Positions 29,209-36,820 of a stretch of 64,000 bases of DNA are shown in pieces. The position numbers and the translations under genes were made by a program. The number at the start of each line of letters is the position of its first letter. Positions within the stretch are counted from its first letter, which is position 1. The notes below the pieces were generated by a model. That model was given only the letters and a program-made list of their open reading frames with translations. It was not told the DNA's origin and did no database searches. Origin of the DNA: Escherichia phage UB; sequence record MH383160, one strand, 5' to 3'.

Positions 29209-29446
29209 GCTTTTTTCTTTTTCTTATATGTTTAGTTAAAAGGTATATTAGTTTTCTGATGTATTCTTCCTGATAGTTTGTTCCTAAGAGTGCAAGAAGT
29301 TTTGCTTCAACTAAAGCTAATTGACGTTCTTCGAATGTGTGTTCCAGTATGTACTTGGGGTTTGATTTTTTAGCGTAAGCACTATTAGTCTTCATTACAA
29401 TCTTATGATATTCATTAGCTGTTAGGATTTTTAAATACTTGATCAT
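29189..29446 (-). CDS. LGT-QE family small protein (hypothetical)
   Basis: ORF track 85 aa; core LLGTNYQEE. Confidence 0.55.
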   Translation of the reverse strand: MIKYLKILTANEYHKIVMKTNSAYAKKSNPKYILEHTFEERQLALVEAKLLALLGTNYQEEYIRKLIYLLTKHIRKRKKHETLDR

Positions 29447-29666
29447 GTATCTTTTCCTTTATAGAGAATTTAAGATATCGAAGCATACTTTCAATGTAAT
29501 ACTCTTGTCTGTCAGTGCCAAGAAAGTACATGAGTTGAATGTATAAAACTTCTGCACTCCTTTCCGCTGGAGACTTGTTTGTGTCGTTTGGAAGTTGATT
29601 TGTATGTTTTCTTGATTTAATTAGTCGTTCTTTTAACTCATCGTCTGTTAAGTATTTCATTTTCAT
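29415..29666 (-). CDS. LGT-QE family small protein (hypothetical)
   Basis: ORF track 83 aa; core PAERSAEVL...FLGTDRQEY. Confidence 0.55.
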   Translation of the reverse strand: MKMKYLTDDELKERLIKSRKHTNQLPNDTNKSPAERSAEVLYIQLMYFLGTDRQEYYIESMLRYLKFSIKEKIHDQVFKNPNS

Positions 29667-29892
29667 TTACTTTTTCCTTAATAGTAATTTTAAGATATCT
29701 AATCATACGTGCAACATATTCCTCTTGTCTATCAGTTCCCAGAAGATATGGTAGTGATTGGAATAATACTTCTGCACTCCTTTCTGCTGGGGTTTGGTTT
29801 AGGTCAATTGGACGTTTATTGGTATATCTCTTGGCACGAACTAATCTCTCGACGTATTCATTATAGGTTAAGTATATCATTTCATTTTGCAT
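29638..29892 (-). CDS. LGT-QE family small protein (hypothetical)
   Basis: ORF track 84 aa; core LLGTDRQEE. Confidence 0.55.
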   Translation of the reverse strand: MQNEMIYLTYNEYVERLVRAKRYTNKRPIDLNQTPAERSAEVLFQSLPYLLGTDRQEEYVARMIRYLKITIKEKVNENEILNRR

Positions 29893-30118
29893 TTACTTTT
29901 TCCTTAATAGTAATTTTGAGATATTTAATTATACGTTCAATGTGATACTCTTGCCTATCAGTTCCAAGAAGGTATGGTAATCTTTGGAATAAAACTTCCG
30001 CACTCCTTTCTGCTGGGGTTTGATTTGTGTTGTGAGGAAGTTTATTTGTAAGTCTTTTGGATTTATCTAGTCTTTCTGTTAACTCATCATGTGTTAAGTA
30101 TATCATTTCATTTTGCAT
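29882..30118 (-). CDS. LGT-QE family small protein (hypothetical)
   Basis: ORF track 78 aa; core LLGTDRQEY. Confidence 0.55.
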   Translation of the reverse strand: MQNEMIYLTHDELTERLDKSKRLTNKLPHNTNQTPAERSAEVLFQRLPYLLGTDRQEYHIERIIKYLKITIKEKVNAK

Positions 30119-30345
30119 TTAATGTTCCTTACGTAAATTGTCTGGATTAAACAATCAATCCAAGTTTGAATATATTGGTTTTGATACTGTGTGCCTAAGA
30201 GACTCTGCATTTTAAACTCTGCTTCAAGTTCATATCTCTTTTCTATAGAAAAGCTCAAATGACCATATTCTTTATCGTATCTTCTCAGTGCTTCCCCAAT
30301 TCTATTAAATCTTTCTGCTAATCTGATGTTATTCACAATATTCAT
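30103..30345 (-). CDS. LGT-QE family small protein (hypothetical)
   Basis: ORF track 80 aa; core LLGTQYQNQ. Confidence 0.55.
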   Translation of the reverse strand: MNIVNNIRLAERFNRIGEALRRYDKEYGHLSFSIEKRYELEAEFKMQSLLGTQYQNQYIQTWIDCLIQTIYVRNIKCKMK

Positions 30346-30632
30346 CGATCAGTATACCTCAGTGGTTGGGTCATTTGATAAAAGTACAGCTTACCTTTGA
30401 TTTCCAGTAGTAACTCCGCGATTAAGCGATTTACTTCTGTATCTTGATAGTTTGTTCCTAAGAATACACCCATCTTTAACTCACGCATCATAATCATTTT
30501 CTTACTGTGTTGGATTTCTGGGTTGTGATAAATTGTATTACGTTTGTGCGTAATTTTTGTCATACGCTCGGTATATTCATCTTTACTTAAATTGATCATT
30601 TGCATGTTAATTACCCTTACATTTATTTTCAA
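30342..30632 (-). CDS. LGT-QE family small protein (hypothetical)
   Basis: ORF track 96 aa; core FLGTNYQDT. Confidence 0.55.
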   Translation of the reverse strand: MKINVRVINMQMINLSKDEYTERMTKITHKRNTIYHNPEIQHSKKMIMMRELKMGVFLGTNYQDTEVNRLIAELLLEIKGKLYFYQMTQPLRYTDR

Positions 30633-30837
30633 TACTATTCATGAGTTCTATAAGATAGTTTTCTACCTTACCTTCCTGATAGTTAGTCCCTAGGAAGTTG
30701 CACAACACGGCTTCTATGATTTTGATTTTCCTGATATCAGGCTTCAATCTTTTGTTATTGAATATTTGAATCCTTATATCTCTGGATGCATTTAAACGTT
30801 TTTGATATTCATGGTAAGTTAAATGAATCATTTTCAT
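30607..30837 (-). CDS. LGT-QE family small protein (hypothetical)
   Basis: ORF track 76 aa; core FLGTNYQEG. Confidence 0.55.
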   Translation of the reverse strand: MKMIHLTYHEYQKRLNASRDIRIQIFNNKRLKPDIRKIKIIEAVLCNFLGTNYQEGKVENYLIELMNSIENKCKGN

Positions 30838-31052
30838 TTACGTTTAACCTCTCGCTGGAGGGCATCAATTAACATCAGTACAGCATTCTCTTGATAGTTT
30901 GTTCCTAAGACTGAAAGCATCTTTATCTCATTTACTAAAATCAACTTCTTTGAGGGTTCAATAATGTGACTATCATAAACGGCCTTACGTGCTGGATAAG
31001 TTTTCGCCAGTATAACATAAAATTCGTCTTTACTTAAATTAATCATTTGCAT
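30834..31052 (-). CDS. LGT-QE family small protein (hypothetical)
   Basis: ORF track 72 aa; core VLGTNYQEN. Confidence 0.55.
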   Translation of the reverse strand: MQMINLSKDEFYVILAKTYPARKAVYDSHIIEPSKKLILVNEIKMLSVLGTNYQENAVLMLIDALQREVKRK

Positions 31053-31261
31053 TTACTTTTAACCTCTTTCTGTAGAGCGTCAATCCATAGATCTACATAC
31101 ATTTGTTGATAGTTTGTGCCTAAGAGTGCACCTACATAGAGTTCAGTTACTAGTGCGTGCTTAAGGTTAGCTTGGATGCTCTTATCGCTTGATATCATTC
31201 TCCTTCTGCTTCCACATGTTTTCAGGAGTCTGATGTATTCAAAGCCTTGTAAATTTCTCAT
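31043..31261 (-). CDS. LGT-QE family small protein (hypothetical)
   Basis: ORF track 72 aa; core LLGTNYQQM. Confidence 0.55.
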   Translation of the reverse strand: MRNLQGFEYIRLLKTCGSRRRMISSDKSIQANLKHALVTELYVGALLGTNYQQMYVDLWIDALQKEVKSKCK

Positions 31262-31473
31262 ATTTTGGATACCACCTTGTTACGTAAGGAACTTAATAAT
31301 ACGTCAGTGTAGATGTTTTGATAGTTTGTCCCTACGAATACACCCAACTTCATTTCAGCTATTATAACACATTTGTCCTCTTGTGCAATAGATTTGTTTA
31401 ACACAATACTATACACTTTTGATTTGATAGTTTGTAACCTCCAATGATACTGATACTCATTAAGGATTATCAT
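31258..31473 (-). CDS. LGT-QE family small protein (hypothetical)
   Basis: ORF track 71 aa; core FVGTNYQNI. Confidence 0.55.
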   Translation of the reverse strand: MIILNEYQYHWRLQTIKSKVYSIVLNKSIAQEDKCVIIAEMKLGVFVGTNYQNIYTDVLLSSLRNKVVSKI

Positions 31474-31708
31474 TCTCTTTCCTCCAGATTTCGGTTCTCA
31501 TGTGTTGGCAGTGTGCTTCGATGAACATATCTATTGATTTGGCAATTGCGTTTTTATCAGTGCCTGTCATCAGTACAAGCATCTCGGCCTCACAGTGAAG
31601 TAAACGCATGATATCATAGGGTAATATTTCAGATACAGTGTCATAGTGTTTCTGTGCCAGTGTCTGCAATAGTTTACAATACATTTTGTGATTTAGTCTT
31701 TGTCGCAT
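31460..31708 (-). CDS. LGT-QE family small protein, divergent (hypothetical)
   Basis: ORF track 82 aa; core LMTGTDKNAI. Confidence 0.5.
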   Translation of the reverse strand: MRQRLNHKMYCKLLQTLAQKHYDTVSEILPYDIMRLLHCEAEMLVLMTGTDKNAIAKSIDMFIEAHCQHMRTEIWRKENDNP

Positions 31709-31965
31709 TGTTTATTCCATTCTTTTTTGGCCTTGATGGTTTTATATTGGATTTGGTTTCTTAATGCTGATAAGTATCGTTGAATGAACAGATCTTGATA
31801 GTTTGTTCCAATGAATTTCATAAGATAAAGTTCACCGTTGATAACATCCACTTCAGGTGCACCATATAAGGCATTGTTTTTTCTAAGGGCATGGATTAAA
31901 GAGAATAGGGCAGTTTGATACTCAACTCCTGATAAAGTCTTCATGTTTTGTGAGCAAATAATCAT
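31693..31965 (-). CDS. LGT-QE family small protein (hypothetical)
   Basis: ORF track 90 aa; core FIGTNYQDL. Confidence 0.55.
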   Translation of the reverse strand: MIICSQNMKTLSGVEYQTALFSLIHALRKNNALYGAPEVDVINGELYLMKFIGTNYQDLFIQRYLSALRNQIQYKTIKAKKEWNKQCDKD

Positions 31966-32179
31966 CTAGTTTATCCTGTATAACATTCGTTAATTGTTCG
32001 ATATATTCTGTGCAAAACTTATCTTGATATTGAGTCCCCATAAAGTACAGCAACCATAGCTCATTAACTTTAGCTCGCATTTGGTTCCATGTAAGGCTGG
32101 GGTCACCGTAGACTATCCTTGTGATGGGGGTTAGTTTACGAATTATAGTTTCAAATTCATCATCAGTTAAGTGTTTCAT
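31922..32179 (-). CDS. LGT-QE family small protein (hypothetical)
   Basis: ORF track 85 aa; core FMGTQYQDK. Confidence 0.55.
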   Translation of the reverse strand: MKHLTDDEFETIIRKLTPITRIVYGDPSLTWNQMRAKVNELWLLYFMGTQYQDKFCTEYIEQLTNVIQDKLDDYLLTKHEDFIRS

Positions 32180-32394
32180 TTACATTTGTCCCTTATTAGA
32201 TCAGTGAGGGCAACTATGTGTGCAACAACATACTCTTCCTGAAAGTTCGTCCCCAGTACAGCCATCATGCGTATATCGGTGGTGTTTATCCTGTGTTCCC
32301 TTACACATAAACCTTCTGTGTGAGGAAGTGTAAAATATTTGTTTATTGCAGCAACGATAATTTTATTCTTCTCGGAGTTACTTAAATGTTTCAT
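32176..32394 (-). CDS. LGT-QE family small protein (hypothetical)
   Basis: ORF track 72 aa; core VLGTNFQEE. Confidence 0.55.
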   Translation of the reverse strand: MKHLSNSEKNKIIVAAINKYFTLPHTEGLCVREHRINTTDIRMMAVLGTNFQEEYVVAHIVALTDLIRDKCK

Positions 32395-32603
32395 AGTTTA
32401 CTCCTGATATAATTCTGAAGTGCAATTAAGTATTCCCCTACATAATACACCTGAAAGTCTGTATCAAGGAATGCACCCATAAGTAAATCTTTTTCTAATA
32501 CCCTTGATAAGTTAAGGTCTGCATTTGAAAGGTATATAAGTAAGATTTCACCCTGTGCGGAATTGAAACGTTTCTTATATTCTTCTGATGTTAAAAAAAT
32601 CAT
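32391..32603 (-). CDS. LGT-QE family small protein (hypothetical)
   Basis: ORF track 70 aa; core FLDTDFQVY. Confidence 0.5.
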   Translation of the reverse strand: MIFLTSEEYKKRFNSAQGEILLIYLSNADLNLSRVLEKDLLMGAFLDTDFQVYYVGEYLIALQNYIRSKL

Positions 32604-32815
32604 AATTTGCTCCTGATATATTTCTCAAGAGATGACAAATACTTTTCCTCATAATACTTCTGATAGTCTGTTCCTAAGAATGCACCCAATAGTATATCAT
32701 TTTCCAATACCTCGGCTAAGTTTAAATCAGAAGTCTCTTCGTATATTATGAGGATTTCAAGTTGTCTGGCAGCGATGCGTTCAGTATATTGATATGAGTT
32801 TTCTATAATAATCAT
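32600..32815 (-). CDS. LGT-QE family small protein (hypothetical)
   Basis: ORF track 71 aa; core FLGTDYQKY. Confidence 0.55.
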   Translation of the reverse strand: MIIIENSYQYTERIAARQLEILIIYEETSDLNLAEVLENDILLGAFLGTDYQKYYEEKYLSSLEKYIRSKL

Positions 32816-33021
32816 AGTTTACTCTTAATATCTTCTATTAAAAATCGAATCCATTCTTCAACATAATCTTCCTGATGGTTTGTGTTCAGTACAGCCAACA
32901 TGCGGATCTCTGCTCTTGCAACTTCAATTTCAGTTTTAGGAAGGTCTTTGCTGATATCCACCATTAAGTCCATGTATTTCAAGATAAGACCGTATGATTG
33001 GGTTCGTGTTATAGTTTTCAT
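32812..33021 (-). CDS. LGT-QE family small protein (hypothetical)
   Basis: ORF track 69 aa; core VLNTNHQED. Confidence 0.5.
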   Translation of the reverse strand: MKTITRTQSYGLILKYMDLMVDISKDLPKTEIEVARAEIRMLAVLNTNHQEDYVEEWIRFLIEDIKSKL

Positions 33022-33218
33022 TGTTTCCTCGTGGACAATATTTTATTTTTCAATGTATCCATATATTGAATCACCCATCTTTCCTGATAGTTAGTTCCCA
33101 AAGTAATCAAAAGGTATAACTCCATTCGTTCTACGTGTGTGTCTGTATTATAAATCTTTGTGAAGTTTTTACGTAACAGTGATTGATATTCTTCTTTATT
33201 TAAAATACGCATTTTCAT
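33018..33218 (-). CDS. LGT-QE family small protein (hypothetical)
   Basis: ORF track 66 aa; core TLGTNYQER. Confidence 0.55.
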   Translation of the reverse strand: MKMRILNKEEYQSLLRKNFTKIYNTDTHVERMELYLLITLGTNYQERWVIQYMDTLKNKILSTRKQ

Positions 33219-33412
33219 AGTTTACTCGTTATATCTTCAATTAAATACCAAATCCAATCGTTGACATACCTTTCCTGAAAGTTAGTTCCAATGAATAGTG
33301 CCATAATTAATTCACGCTTATAGGCAATACCACGGTCATGGGACTTATACATTATCATAGCCATGTTATTGATAAGTCTTTCGTGGTGCTGTTCTTTAGT
33401 TAAAATACGCAT
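33215..33412 (-). CDS. LGT-QE family small protein (hypothetical)
   Basis: ORF track 65 aa; core FIGTNFQER; first gene of the array. Confidence 0.55.
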   Translation of the reverse strand: MRILTKEQHHERLINNMAMIMYKSHDRGIAYKRELIMALFIGTNFQERYVNDWIWYLIEDITSKL

Positions 33413-33661
33413 AGGGACTCCATTAAAAATAATATCAATCCTATAATATACGATTCGTATAAAAAATCAATAACATTTTATTCGTAATACCCCTTTATCG
33501 AAGTCGCTAAGGTTACCCGCCCTTTAGCCCCCTACGCATTTTGCCATAGTCCAATCCCTTTTATTTCAAAAAAGTCAAGGGATTACCTATGCATTTTTTT
33601 AACGCATAATTTTAAAAACGCCTTGACTTTTTTCTGAATCAGTACTAGATCCCTTTACGCA
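33413..33661 (-). promoter_or_regulatory. non-coding control region upstream of the LGT-QE array
   Basis: 249-bp gap with 13-bp inverted repeat AAAAAAGTCAAGG / CCTTGACTTTTTT (33567..33633), four CTACGCATT-like repeats and a candidate TTGATT-N16-TATTAT promoter. Confidence 0.3.
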
Positions 33662-33871
33662 TTAATCCTTCGTTACGCTAACGATTATCTGTGTATCCCC
33701 GTAGTCCTGCCATACTTCCACGCCATCGGTCGCCCTGGTTAGTCGTGCTGTCATCTGCTTAATGGTCTTAGGCTTTAGTGGAACCTGTTGCAGTACTGTA
33801 CGCATAGCATCATTGACGTTATCATGTACGCCTGCAATAGTACCTAGAACGCTGTATACTGTATAGAACAT
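33662..33871 (-). CDS. hypothetical protein
   Basis: ORF track 69 aa; AGGAG RBS 9 nt upstream. Confidence 0.55.
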   Translation of the reverse strand: MFYTVYSVLGTIAGVHDNVNDAMRTVLQQVPLKPKTIKQMTARLTRATDGVEVWQDYGDTQIIVSVTKD

Positions 33872-33896
33872 ATGTATGTACTCCTGATATAGTTAA

Positions 33897-33914
33897 GGCC
33901 GCTAGAGAGCGGCC
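33897..33914 (-). other. intercistronic GC hairpin
   Basis: perfect 7-bp stem GGCCGCT-AGAG-AGCGGCC between 33940..34341 and 33662..33871, no adjacent U-run. Confidence 0.4.
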
Positions 33915-33939
33915 TATGATGTTTGGTGATGTGTATTGC

Positions 33940-34341
33940 TTACAGCCCTAAGATAGTACGTGCTTCGTTACGTTCCGTACACAGCTGCATGATGTGAGCA
34001 AGTAAGTCCTTGCTAATGTATCCGGTGTTCATAGCTTCACGAATAGATACATCATAAGCACCGAACCCCGTGCGAACGATACGCACATCATTCAGGTTAG
34101 TATTATAGATACCGCCGAGATCAACGGCTTCGAATACTACATCAACAGAATATTCATTGTTGCCATCGTGGAAGTTTTCCAGTGCAATAGTATTGGATAC
34201 CGCCCAACGTTTGCAGTTTCCAATGATGCGGCACTGTTCCGGTTGGATAGTGCCATTACTTACAGCGTACTCCAGTGCATCTTTACCAAAAGTCCGAGCC
34301 AGTACTAAAACGTCAGCGAAGGAAGTGATTGAGAAGGTCAT
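33940..34341 (-). CDS. hypothetical protein
   Basis: ORF track ORF trimmed to ATG 34341 (MTFSITSF) with TAAGGAG RBS; the upstream 21 codons are translated promoter/5'UTR. Confidence 0.6.
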   Translation of the reverse strand: MTFSITSFADVLVLARTFGKDALEYAVSNGTIQPEQCRIIGNCKRWAVSNTIALENFHDGNNEYSVDVVFEAVDLGGIYNTNLNDVRIVRTGFGAYDVSIREAMNTGYISKDLLAHIMQLCTERNEARTILGL

Positions 34342-34395
34342 GATAAAACTCCTTAATTTAGGAGGGAGAACCATTTCCCCCTCTCTATGTAAAAC

Positions 34396-34423
34396 ATTAT
34401 ACATGAATCTAAGTACTATGCAA
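34396..34423 (-). promoter_or_regulatory. sigma70-like promoter
   Basis: minus strand TTGCAT-N16-TATAAT, then 5'UTR hairpin and RBS. Confidence 0.55.
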
Positions 34424-34430
34424 GTACTTT

Positions 34431-34763
34431 TTACATTTTGATACCTGGATTCAGGTAGCGGTGAGATCCATATTCTGGATCGGTTTCGGTCCAGTACTGT
34501 AAATCAATAGTGCCTTTAGCGTTAATCTTGTCTACCAGCTTATTCATCTTAGCGTATACTACATCGGCATCGATGCGTTTAAAGCCAGTAGCTTTAGTGA
34601 AGTAGTAGTGATTTGCTTCACTATCATTGAGGATATACCGAGCACCGTTTGCAGTCTGTGCGATAATGATTGAGTATTCTACTTCACGATCCAGTCCGTC
34701 GATGAATACAGATGAAACATTGGTACGGATGAAAGCTTTAACGATAGCGATTGAAGTACTCAT
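34431..34763 (-). CDS. hypothetical protein
   Basis: ORF track 110 aa; AGGAG RBS 7 nt upstream. Confidence 0.6.
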   Translation of the reverse strand: MSTSIAIVKAFIRTNVSSVFIDGLDREVEYSIIIAQTANGARYILNDSEANHYYFTKATGFKRIDADVVYAKMNKLVDKINAKGTIDLQYWTETDPEYGSHRYLNPGIKM

Positions 34764-34816
34764 TTTGAATCTCCTAACTTTGTGGGCCGTCGCACCATTG
34801 CCGCCCTACGAGATAC

Positions 34817-34845
34817 ATTATCGCAGTACTGATATACTTTGTCAA
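34817..34845 (-). promoter_or_regulatory. sigma70-like promoter
   Basis: minus strand TTGACA-N17-GATAAT. Confidence 0.5.
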
Positions 34846-34924
34846 TACTTTTTTATTAATAGTTTTAGTTCCACCAGCAGATAGTTACTCACCGTTATTA
34901 ACTATATATTTTGGATACACCTAT

Positions 34925-34938
34925 GCACCCTGTGGGCT
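34925..34938. repeat. conserved intergenic box GCACCC-N3-GGGCT
   Basis: gcaccctgtgggct; same box recurs at 37178, 40450, 42807, 44471, 50403 and reversed at 48367, 52116. Confidence 0.5.
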
Positions 34939-34968
34939 AGTTTTTGTCTATGCGTATATAATAGCAAA

Positions 34969-34997
34969 GGGACTGACCGGAGTCAATCCTTTTTTTA
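34969..34997. terminator. intrinsic terminator hairpin (plus-strand geometry, possibly bidirectional)
   Basis: GGGACTGAC-CGGA-GTCAATCC followed by T8 on plus strand; ends minus-strand gene 35008..35208. Confidence 0.5.
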
Positions 34998-35007
34998 TTC
35001 TTTTTTG

Positions 35008-35208
35008 TTAGATGATTCTCCAATCATCAACGATCATGGTAAGATACCGAACCAGTGATTCGAGTGATTCGTGTTCTCGATAGTCTGCCGCTCCACCAGC
35101 GGTACAAGTACAGCCGATTACGCCGTTTTGTAGTTCCTGGATCTTTACGTCGATCTGGTTGGCTTTAGCTTCTTTCAGTACTTCAACCAGGGCGATAGCG
35201 ATAGACAT
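35008..35208 (-). CDS. hypothetical protein
   Basis: ORF track 66 aa; GGAG RBS. Confidence 0.55.
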   Translation of the reverse strand: MSIAIALVEVLKEAKANQIDVKIQELQNGVIGCTCTAGGAADYREHESLESLVRYLTMIVDDWRII

Positions 35209-35263
35209 AATGTTTTACTCCAAACTATTGGCGGGAGAACTATTCCCCCGCTCTATGTAAAAC

Positions 35264-35291
35264 ATTATACATTACTGGTTAGTACTGTCAA
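35264..35291 (-). promoter_or_regulatory. sigma70-like promoter
   Basis: minus strand TTGACA-N16-TATAAT followed by hairpin GCGGGGGAATAGTTCTCCCGC. Confidence 0.55.
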
Positions 35292-35298
35292 ATAGTTT

Positions 35299-35556
35299 TT
35301 ATGAAATATCTTCGATGTAGTCGGCCCATTTCATTTTTTCAGTACTGTCAATGGCTACCGGATTATTTGGATCAAACCATTCACCATCCCCGCAATACAT
35401 ACCCACGGCAACGGTTTTATAGCCATCCTGGGCAGTACTCCACGACATAGCACGATAGATATGGCCTTTAACTGGTTGCAGTACTGGTAACGTTTTATGG
35501 TCTTCTACGTAGGCCATAGCTTGAGGATTTACCCGATATTGTGTGAATTGTTCCAT
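35299..35556 (-). CDS. hypothetical protein
   Basis: ORF track 85 aa; AGGGG RBS. Confidence 0.6.
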   Translation of the reverse strand: MEQFTQYRVNPQAMAYVEDHKTLPVLQPVKGHIYRAMSWSTAQDGYKTVAVGMYCGDGEWFDPNNPVAIDSTEKMKWADYIEDIS

Positions 35557-35584
35557 TATGTTTCCCCTTGTTGTTAGTAAAGTT

Positions 35585-35613
35585 ATTACATCAGTACTAT
35601 CAAGCTATGTCAA
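35585..35613 (-). promoter_or_regulatory. sigma70-like promoter
   Basis: minus strand TTGACA-N17-TGTAAT. Confidence 0.45.
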
Positions 35614-35632
35614 TAGTACTGAAATAAAACTT

Positions 35633-35857
35633 TTAGATTAGATTATTGATGCCGTTGATGGTAGACTCGCTTTCTTCTTTCTCCCATTGGCGGTAGTACT
35701 TCCATGCTTCATGATATGTGGCGATTAGTTCATCTTTTTGATCCTGAGTACATGCCAGTACTGAATCACTGTAAGCGGTGTTATAGATAGAATCAAATGA
35801 TTTCTTATCTGCCGCCAGGTTTACTACTGCCCGGATCAGGTCATCGTGATTAGCCAT
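35633..35857 (-). CDS. hypothetical protein
   Basis: ORF track ORF trimmed to ATG 35857 (MANHDDLIRAV) with AAGGAG RBS. Confidence 0.55.
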   Translation of the reverse strand: MANHDDLIRAVVNLAADKKSFDSIYNTAYSDSVLACTQDQKDELIATYHEAWKYYRQWEKEESESTINGINNLI

Positions 35858-35905
35858 CGTATTACTCCTTATTAGTGGGGGAGGATATCTCCCCCTATGC
35901 AAAAC

Positions 35906-35933
35906 ATTATACTTTGTTTTAGTTATTATGCAA
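35906..35933 (-). promoter_or_regulatory. sigma70-like promoter
   Basis: minus strand TTGCAT-N16-TATAAT; hairpin GGGGGAGATATCCTCCCCC in 5'UTR. Confidence 0.55.
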
Positions 35934-36189
35934 GTACTTTTTTCATATAAACATTAAATTCTACACCGCCGTAACCTTCTACGATGATATGTTTTGCGTT
36001 ATCACGTTTGCACATAGTGAAACCGTTGTTGATATGTTCTGCATTTTCCAGGGATACATCACCGATTGCAGCACATACGGCACTAATAACAGTATTCCGC
36101 AAAGTACTGGTATCATTAGCGGTCATAGTAGTTTGCAGTACTACGTTGTCGTATACGTGTGCATTGATAGTGATTTCGATAGTGTTCAT
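35926..36189 (-). CDS. hypothetical protein
   Basis: ORF track 87 aa; AGGAG RBS. Confidence 0.6.
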   Translation of the reverse strand: MNTIEITINAHVYDNVVLQTTMTANDTSTLRNTVISAVCAAIGDVSLENAEHINNGFTMCKRDNAKHIIVEGYGGVEFNVYMKKVLA

Positions 36190-36240
36190 GGTGTATCTCC
36201 TGGACTAGCGGGAGAACTATTCCCCCGCTCTATGTAAAAC

Positions 36241-36268
36241 ATTATACGTTAATCTAACTACAATGCAA
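36241..36268 (-). promoter_or_regulatory. sigma70-like promoter
   Basis: minus strand TTGCAT-N16-TATAAT. Confidence 0.55.
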
Positions 36269-36275
36269 GTACTTT

Positions 36276-36467
36276 TTAAATTTTATTTCCGATATAGTCC
36301 GGCCTGTTCTTTTCGGTCATACGCTTAAGCATTTTTTGCATATGGCTTATTGCTTGTAGTGTATCCTCTTCCAGGGATGAATCGAGATAATCAGGATCAT
36401 TCTTTACCTTGCAATGATTATGATAGCGTAGTACTGCCAGTACTTTTTTAACTTCTTCAACTGTCAT
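36276..36467 (-). CDS. hypothetical protein
   Basis: ORF track 63 aa; 4-nt overlap with upstream gene. Confidence 0.5.
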   Translation of the reverse strand: MTVEEVKKVLAVLRYHNHCKVKNDPDYLDSSLEEDTLQAISHMQKMLKRMTEKNRPDYIGNKI

Positions 36468-36736
36468 AATAAGTACTCCACTTCGTTAGCTTTCAGGTTA
36501 GTATCAATCATCAGTGGTTTTTTGTAGTCCACAAAACGATTAGTTTTCTCGATGGCGAATCCCATATAATCCAGCTTACTTACCGTGCATTCATTCTTAA
36601 AAACTTCTTTCGCTGCATTGATGGCTGATTCAATTGATAACCGACCATCTAAGTTAATGTTTCCAAATGATCCACCAGCAGAAGTAGGATTACCGTTCAT
36701 ATCTTTAATGATCATAGTAGCGGAGTAGCTAGACAT
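36464..36736 (-). CDS. hypothetical protein
   Basis: ORF track 90 aa. Confidence 0.6.
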   Translation of the reverse strand: MSSYSATMIIKDMNGNPTSAGGSFGNINLDGRLSIESAINAAKEVFKNECTVSKLDYMGFAIEKTNRFVDYKKPLMIDTNLKANEVEYLL

Positions 36737-36789
36737 AATTTTGTTTCCTTTTATTGGTGGGGAGAACTATTCTCCCCTTGATGTAAACT

Positions 36790-36817
36790 ATTATACAGTA
36801 CTGATATACTTTGTCAA
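36790..36817 (-). promoter_or_regulatory. sigma70-like promoter
   Basis: minus strand TTGACA-N16-TATAAT; hairpin GGGGAGAATAGTTCTCCCC in 5'UTR. Confidence 0.55.
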
Positions 36818-36820
36818 TAC

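Noticed and set aside
113-33094. Plus-strand ORFs of 60-133 aa in the first 33 kb (113..352, 3420..3629, 8230..8469, 15734..16135, 29709..29945 and others)
   Set aside because: All lie antisense to the continuous minus-strand gene chain, lack RBS-like sequences and have low-complexity composition typical of reverse-frame artefacts in AT-rich DNA.
27477-33412. CRISPR array as an explanation for the regularly spaced repeats
   Set aside because: The repeat unit is an ~200-bp protein-coding gene with maintained reading frames and start/stop codons, not a short direct repeat separated by unique spacers; no cas-like genes were seen.
34342-34404. N-terminal extensions in ORF-track proteins (MYNVLHREGEM..., MTVLKCFS...YQHG.NKM, MFYIERGK..., MHRGRYPPPLIRSNT...)
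   Set aside because: They are translations of the conserved promoter -10, 5'UTR hairpin and RBS; true starts are the internal ATGs preceded by Shine-Dalgarno sequences (also at 37848..37904, 38122..38178, 38398..38454, 36043..37117, 46565..46621, 51527..51583).
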